Assembly (NCBI GenBank): GCA_012295275.1 | Contig: CM022665.1 | Coordinates: forward strand, 47,926,001-47,990,000 | Length of the DNA stretch: 64,000 nt | Reading direction: 5' to 3' | DNA from: Chrysomallon squamiferum | Taxonomy: Eukaryota; Animalia; Mollusca | Shown: positions 59,197 to 64,000 of the stretch, piece by piece | Layout: every line of letters starts with the position of its first letter | Position numbering within the stretch: position 1 is the stretch's first letter | Made by a program: the position numbers and the translations under genes | Notes under the pieces: model-generated | The model's input: the letters and a program-made list of their open reading frames with translations, nothing else | Told to the model about the DNA's origin: nothing | Database searches by the model: none

Positions 59197-59622
59197 GCTT
59201 AACATGCCCAGTTTAATCGAGAATATGTGTTTCAAAATTTTAAAGCATTTTTAAATAAATATTTTGTATTCATTTTGTAATCATGTTATTTAAAGTTCTT
59301 TAAATTGCTATTATTTACAATTTTAAATAATATTATAATCATGTTGTTTTTTGTTTTGTTTTATTTTTTTGGTTTATTTTTTTTATTCTATTATTATTTT
59401 TTAAGTATTCGTGTTATAATCATATTTTTATTGTTATTATTTACAATATTAAGTATTCATAAAAAATAATAATAATTATGTTTTTTAAATTGCTATTATT
59501 TATAATTTTACTGGCAGCGGCAGAATTACTACAAGTATCTACCGCTGAGTGAAGGTATTATATTTGTTTTTATTCTTGTGGTGATATTTTTGGTATGTTT
59601 GTTTTCTTTGGTGTGTGTGGTA

Positions 59623-59625
<3 letters not shown>

Positions 59626-59702
<77 letters not shown>
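59626..59702. repeat. (AG)n microsatellite
   Basis: About 38 perfect units. Confidence 0.95.
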
Positions 59703-59705
<3 letters not shown>

Positions 59706-59979
59706 TAAATATGGATTGAAGCAGACGACAACTGTAATGAATTAGCGTCATTTCTGCCACTCCTCAAATCAGAAGAATGAAAATATAATTCTTCTGTATT
59801 TATTTATTTTCTAATACTCCCCTTCCTCCTTCAGAAAAAACCAACAGAATACAATTTGCATTTCTTAAAATAATATTTTCCTCTAGAGTAACAAATTGAT
59901 GGAACTTTTTTATATAATTGTATTTAAAGATCACCACAAAAATAAACTCTGATGTTGTTGCCATTGTTGTTGTTTCTTT

Positions 59980-60008
59980 TATTATTATTACTATTATTCT
60001 TATTATTC

Positions 60009-60042
<34 letters not shown>

Positions 60043-60298
60043 TACTACTACTATTATTATTATTATTACTACTATTACAACTACTATTATTATTATTATT
60101 ATTATATTACTACTAATACTATTATTATTATTACTACTACTACTACTATTATTACTACTACTACTACTACTATTATTATTATTATTACTACTACTACTAC
60201 TATTATTATTATTATTTTATTACTACTAATACTACTATTATTATTATTATTACTACTATTATTATTATTATCATTATTATTACTACTACTACTACTAT

Positions 60299-60351
<53 letters not shown>

Positions 60352-60372
60352 TTATTACTATTATTATTATTA
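59980..60372. repeat. Compound (TTA)n/(CTA)n microsatellite
   Basis: Direct inspection. Confidence 0.95.
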
Positions 60373-62699
60373 AAGAAAGTATCGAGACCTCTTCCTTCAC
60401 GCATAGATTGCTGTAACAATTTTCTCATTTTCACGTGAGTCAACCGGAACGCAACACATCACGGCTGTTTTGCTTCTTATAAAACAAAATTATACATAAA
60501 ACGTATTGGCTGTAATTGCAAACAAAAACGTAATTTGGTTTAACGTATTTATTTTTTACTTGCATAATTCTAGAGAAGCTATATATCGGATTTATATTTA
60601 CTGCATAGAAAAAAGATGTCACATGAAAAAAAGATAATTTTCAATAGATAGCGTTATAAATCTATATAACGTGATAAAAATGTATAACATGCAATATGTG
60701 AAATAATTTATCTTGACAATGAATAATGTTTGTTTAAAATACATTTATAATATGTTGTGCGTATGGTTAGAAATTTAAGCCATATGATATTAGGTACCTG
60801 ACGACAAACGTTTTCATTGTTTATTTTATTGTAAATACAATACACTTAAAATGTTACAATTGCTATATTAAAAATGTGTAAGGTTATGTATGCTGCTGTA
60901 TTATGGATGTTTATACATAGTGAAAGGACGTCACTTAGTACACGTGACATTTACACGTACAGTTTGTAAGAAATAATTAAATATTTAGTCTGTGAGTCAG
61001 TATTTATATATGTGTGTGTACACATATAGGCCTATATAACAAAATTAGGTAACTGAGATATAAAATTATTTTTAATAAATGTTACACTGGAGAGACAAAT
61101 CCAAAAAGTCAACAAATAATCAACGATGAAACGGCATATTGAAATAAATAAATAAATAAATAAATAAAAATTCAGGTAAAGCAGATTCAGAAATGCACAA
61201 CTACGATTAATTTTCTCGTAATCGAGACCGTTTTCTATGCAGCAAGAGTGCCTTCCCCTTTGTCCTCTTCGTTTAGAAGAAAGAACGAGTATATTCGCTT
61301 TGCAACGTGAATTTAGATTCGACAAGAGTTCGAGTTTAGCCAATGAAATTAGACGTACCTACAAGAAACAAAATGAGTTTCTGTCATGGAGGCTCCTAGT
61401 TATTCGTTGCATTCTTGTAAATATAATTTCATTTAAGTGAACATTTATTTTAAATAATCCTTTTAAAATGCCTGTTGCTGTTAAATGTTCAGTTTGTGGA
61501 AAAGCTGCGGCGCTAAAGAGGCCAAAGACTGTAAGTGTCTGTTTGAAATCGGCATGCTTTAAATGATTTAATGTTGTCATTGTCAAAATACGCCCTTCAA
61601 AGCAACACCGAAAAACTATCACCTTGTAATATTTTATCACTTTATGAATGTTTTTGTGTCTTGTTTGTCAAACTTTTAGTGAATTACTCTTAATAATAAA
61701 TTACAGCATTCACAATTCATATATGATGTAATCGTCTATACCGTATTATAGGCGTATAATACGGAGTTTTCAACTTCGCAAACCACACCGAATTTGTTAC
61801 TACCGAAAACATACTGAAAAAAATCAAAATAATATTAATCATTTAATGATGTTACTGAGCGCATATCATTATTAGGAAAGAATTCTAGACAATACTTACT
61901 CAAAATATCCCGTACCAAGATAACAAACACCTCACATATCCCAAGTCTGAGAAACTCCATGCCCAAACTTAATTTGGCAGTCTCTTCTTCACATGACTTC
62001 ACTTTGTTGGGCCTTTTGCAGTTGTTTCATTTTGTTTTACTTATTTGATATAAAACTATTGGTGTTGATCATAAATAAAACTAAATCCTTCCCACGATAA
62101 GTCAGTTTGGATCTAAGTAATTATTAAATCAACCCAGACATTGCCAGTCTTTTTTTCACACTGTCCTACATCAACTGGAAATAAACAAGAAGATACAGAA
62201 CCTTTATTATTTTATTTTATTTCTTTTTTTTGTAATTATAAAAATAGGCTTTTTCACCTACTTGTTTGTGCGTTCAGCCATAATTACACTGCATTCTTTT
62301 GTCCCTTGTATACAATTCTTACTGTCTGCACCATGTATATTTATTACTCTTGTTGTATGTCAGGTATATTAATAAACTAATTTGAACATTAAATTGAAAA
62401 TGATGTGTTGTTTGACAATATGGGTGATAGCATCATTTGTAATGCAGAAAATTATTTTTGCAATATTGCATATATATCAGTAGAAAAAAAAAAAAACAAT
62501 TTAGTTATTTTTATTTTCAAGAGTTTGATGGATTATACAGTATTGGTGATAACAAAATCTCAGTTATTTCTATTCAAAATTCAACAAATAAAATCAGTGA
62601 TGCCTAAAACAAAGTTCAAATTGTTTTGAGTACAAGCTGTCTAGTATCAGTAAGAAATTAGCAAACTGTTTTGACTTTTTTAAAACTAAAAATGACTTA

Positions 62700-63700
62700 A
62701 AGAAACTGGCAGAAATACGAAAACAGATTCAACATCATGTCATCCACTTTTGCAAAGTCACCAATTTCAGCAAATGCATCTTTGATAGCCAGTTCAATTC
62801 TGTGTGCAGAGCAATGAATTATTAGCAACTATTCCCTGCCTTCAGTTTTCATTAGTTAGAGCACCAGTCAGTTTACAAACATTAACATTTGCTCCATCTG
62901 CACAAGCACAAATAAGACATTTTGTGTACTTTTCACCACTAATGTCATAATCTTGGAAACCATCATCTACAGCATGCATGTTTGATATTGTCTGCAGATA
63001 CTGCTGAAATTGCTCATTTTTTGTCCCCTCACTACAATCTTCACATAAATTAATTCTTTTTTGTCTCTAGTTCTGCAGGATTCTGTGCCATCTTGTTCAA
63101 CTGACATAAATTTGGCACATTGTATCATCTGTTTGATATCATCTCTCATTGCTTGGGCAATACAGTGAACAAAGTCCCTACATGAGTGGTCATTGTCCTT
63201 CCCACTTATAAACTGCATCCCATTCTTCTTCTGCAATGGTAATCAGGGACTGATTGTCAGACATAGGTCTCTCCTGCATAACCAACCACAATGCTGTATT
63301 GCAATGATTCTTATATTGTTCTTTACTGGTTTTTCAAATCATTTTCCAATGGAATTAGAGCATGTAACATTATGATTTACTTTCACAGAAGCTGAATTTG
63401 TTTTAGAATCTGAACTGTTTTGTAAAAATTTCTTTTTAACCTAGTCGCGAAGGTTACCTGTTTTCACATGCCTTTGCACATTTGATTTGTATATGTAGCC
63501 TGTGACACCATCGATATAGGCAAGTAATCCGTCAAGCGACTTACCAGTTGTATATCTTAACTTGGCTTCATTTCTTATTCCCGTTATGCTTCCAGTACAA
63601 ATTTGCATTGTAGATTTGATATTTTATTGTTTTCATTTACCTCAAACCAAAAGTCATTGGAAAAATCCCATTTTTAAACGTTTCCATGTGAATGGATTCC
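62700..63700 (-). mobile_element. Decayed hAT-superfamily (ZNF862-like) transposase remnant
   Basis: Fragments CRDFVHCIAQAMRDDIKQMIQCAKFMSVEQDGTE...KELIYVK (62967-63236), CLICACADGANVNV (~62880-62925) and LLIIHCSAHRIELAIKDAF (~62770-62830), separated by frameshifts/stops. DG, DGA and CxxH motifs are hAT hallmarks. Element ends not defined; may extend to ~61740. Confidence 0.75.
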
Positions 63701-63754
63701 ATTTTAATTAAAGTGGTGCCTGGTAATGCTACATTGAAGTTAAATACTGTAGCA

Positions 63755-64000
63755 AACTAAGTGATGTCACACTGTAGACTCTGACTGTCACTAAACGTGA
63801 TGTCACACTGTAGACTGACTGTCACTAAACATGTGGTGTCACACTGTAGACTGACTGTCACTAAACATGTGGTGTCACACTGTAGACTGACTGTCAGTAA
63901 ACATGTGATGTCACACTGTAGACTGACTGTCACTAAACATGATGTCACACTAGACTGTCACTAAACATGTGGTGTCACACTGTAGACTGACTGTCACTAA
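63755..64000. repeat. 36-bp minisatellite (runs off right edge)
   Basis: tgtcacactgtagactgactgtcactaaacatgtgg. Confidence 0.93.

Noticed and set aside
59918-60443. Poly-Ile/Leu/Asn/Ser ORFs (also 17859-18257, 37861-38154, 54000-54285)
   Set aside because: Trinucleotide microsatellite translations.

Overview
AT-rich, microsatellite-rich eukaryotic (animal) genomic DNA; lophotrochozoan/mollusc-like by inference only. Protein-coding content read by hand: (1) the first 12 coding exons of glutamine-dependent NAD+ synthetase NADSYN1 (minus strand, runs off the left edge); (2) an orphan, apparently frameshifted last exon resembling DONSON; (3) two Olig-family bHLH genes with intronless CDSs (both minus, about 35.5 kb apart); (4) a complete 6-exon TMEM50 gene between them, with a 1.2-kb TA-flanked, PHD-bearing TIR transposon in intron 4; (5) a decayed hAT/ZNF862-like transposase at the right end. 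About 25 kb between TMEM50 and the second Olig is a gene desert of minisatellites and CpG-rich patches. Two things stand out. First, many minisatellites are built from RNA-processing signals: at least seven NADSYN1 exon boundaries are tandemly copied (splice site plus exon edge), the TMEM50 3' array repeats an AATAAA, and the array upstream of the second Olig repeats a 3-codon ORF. Second, Olig + Olig + TMEM50 + DONSON are also neighbours on human 21q22.11, suggesting ancient microsynteny. Most short ORFs in the track are repeat artefacts. Similarities are from recall, not database searches.
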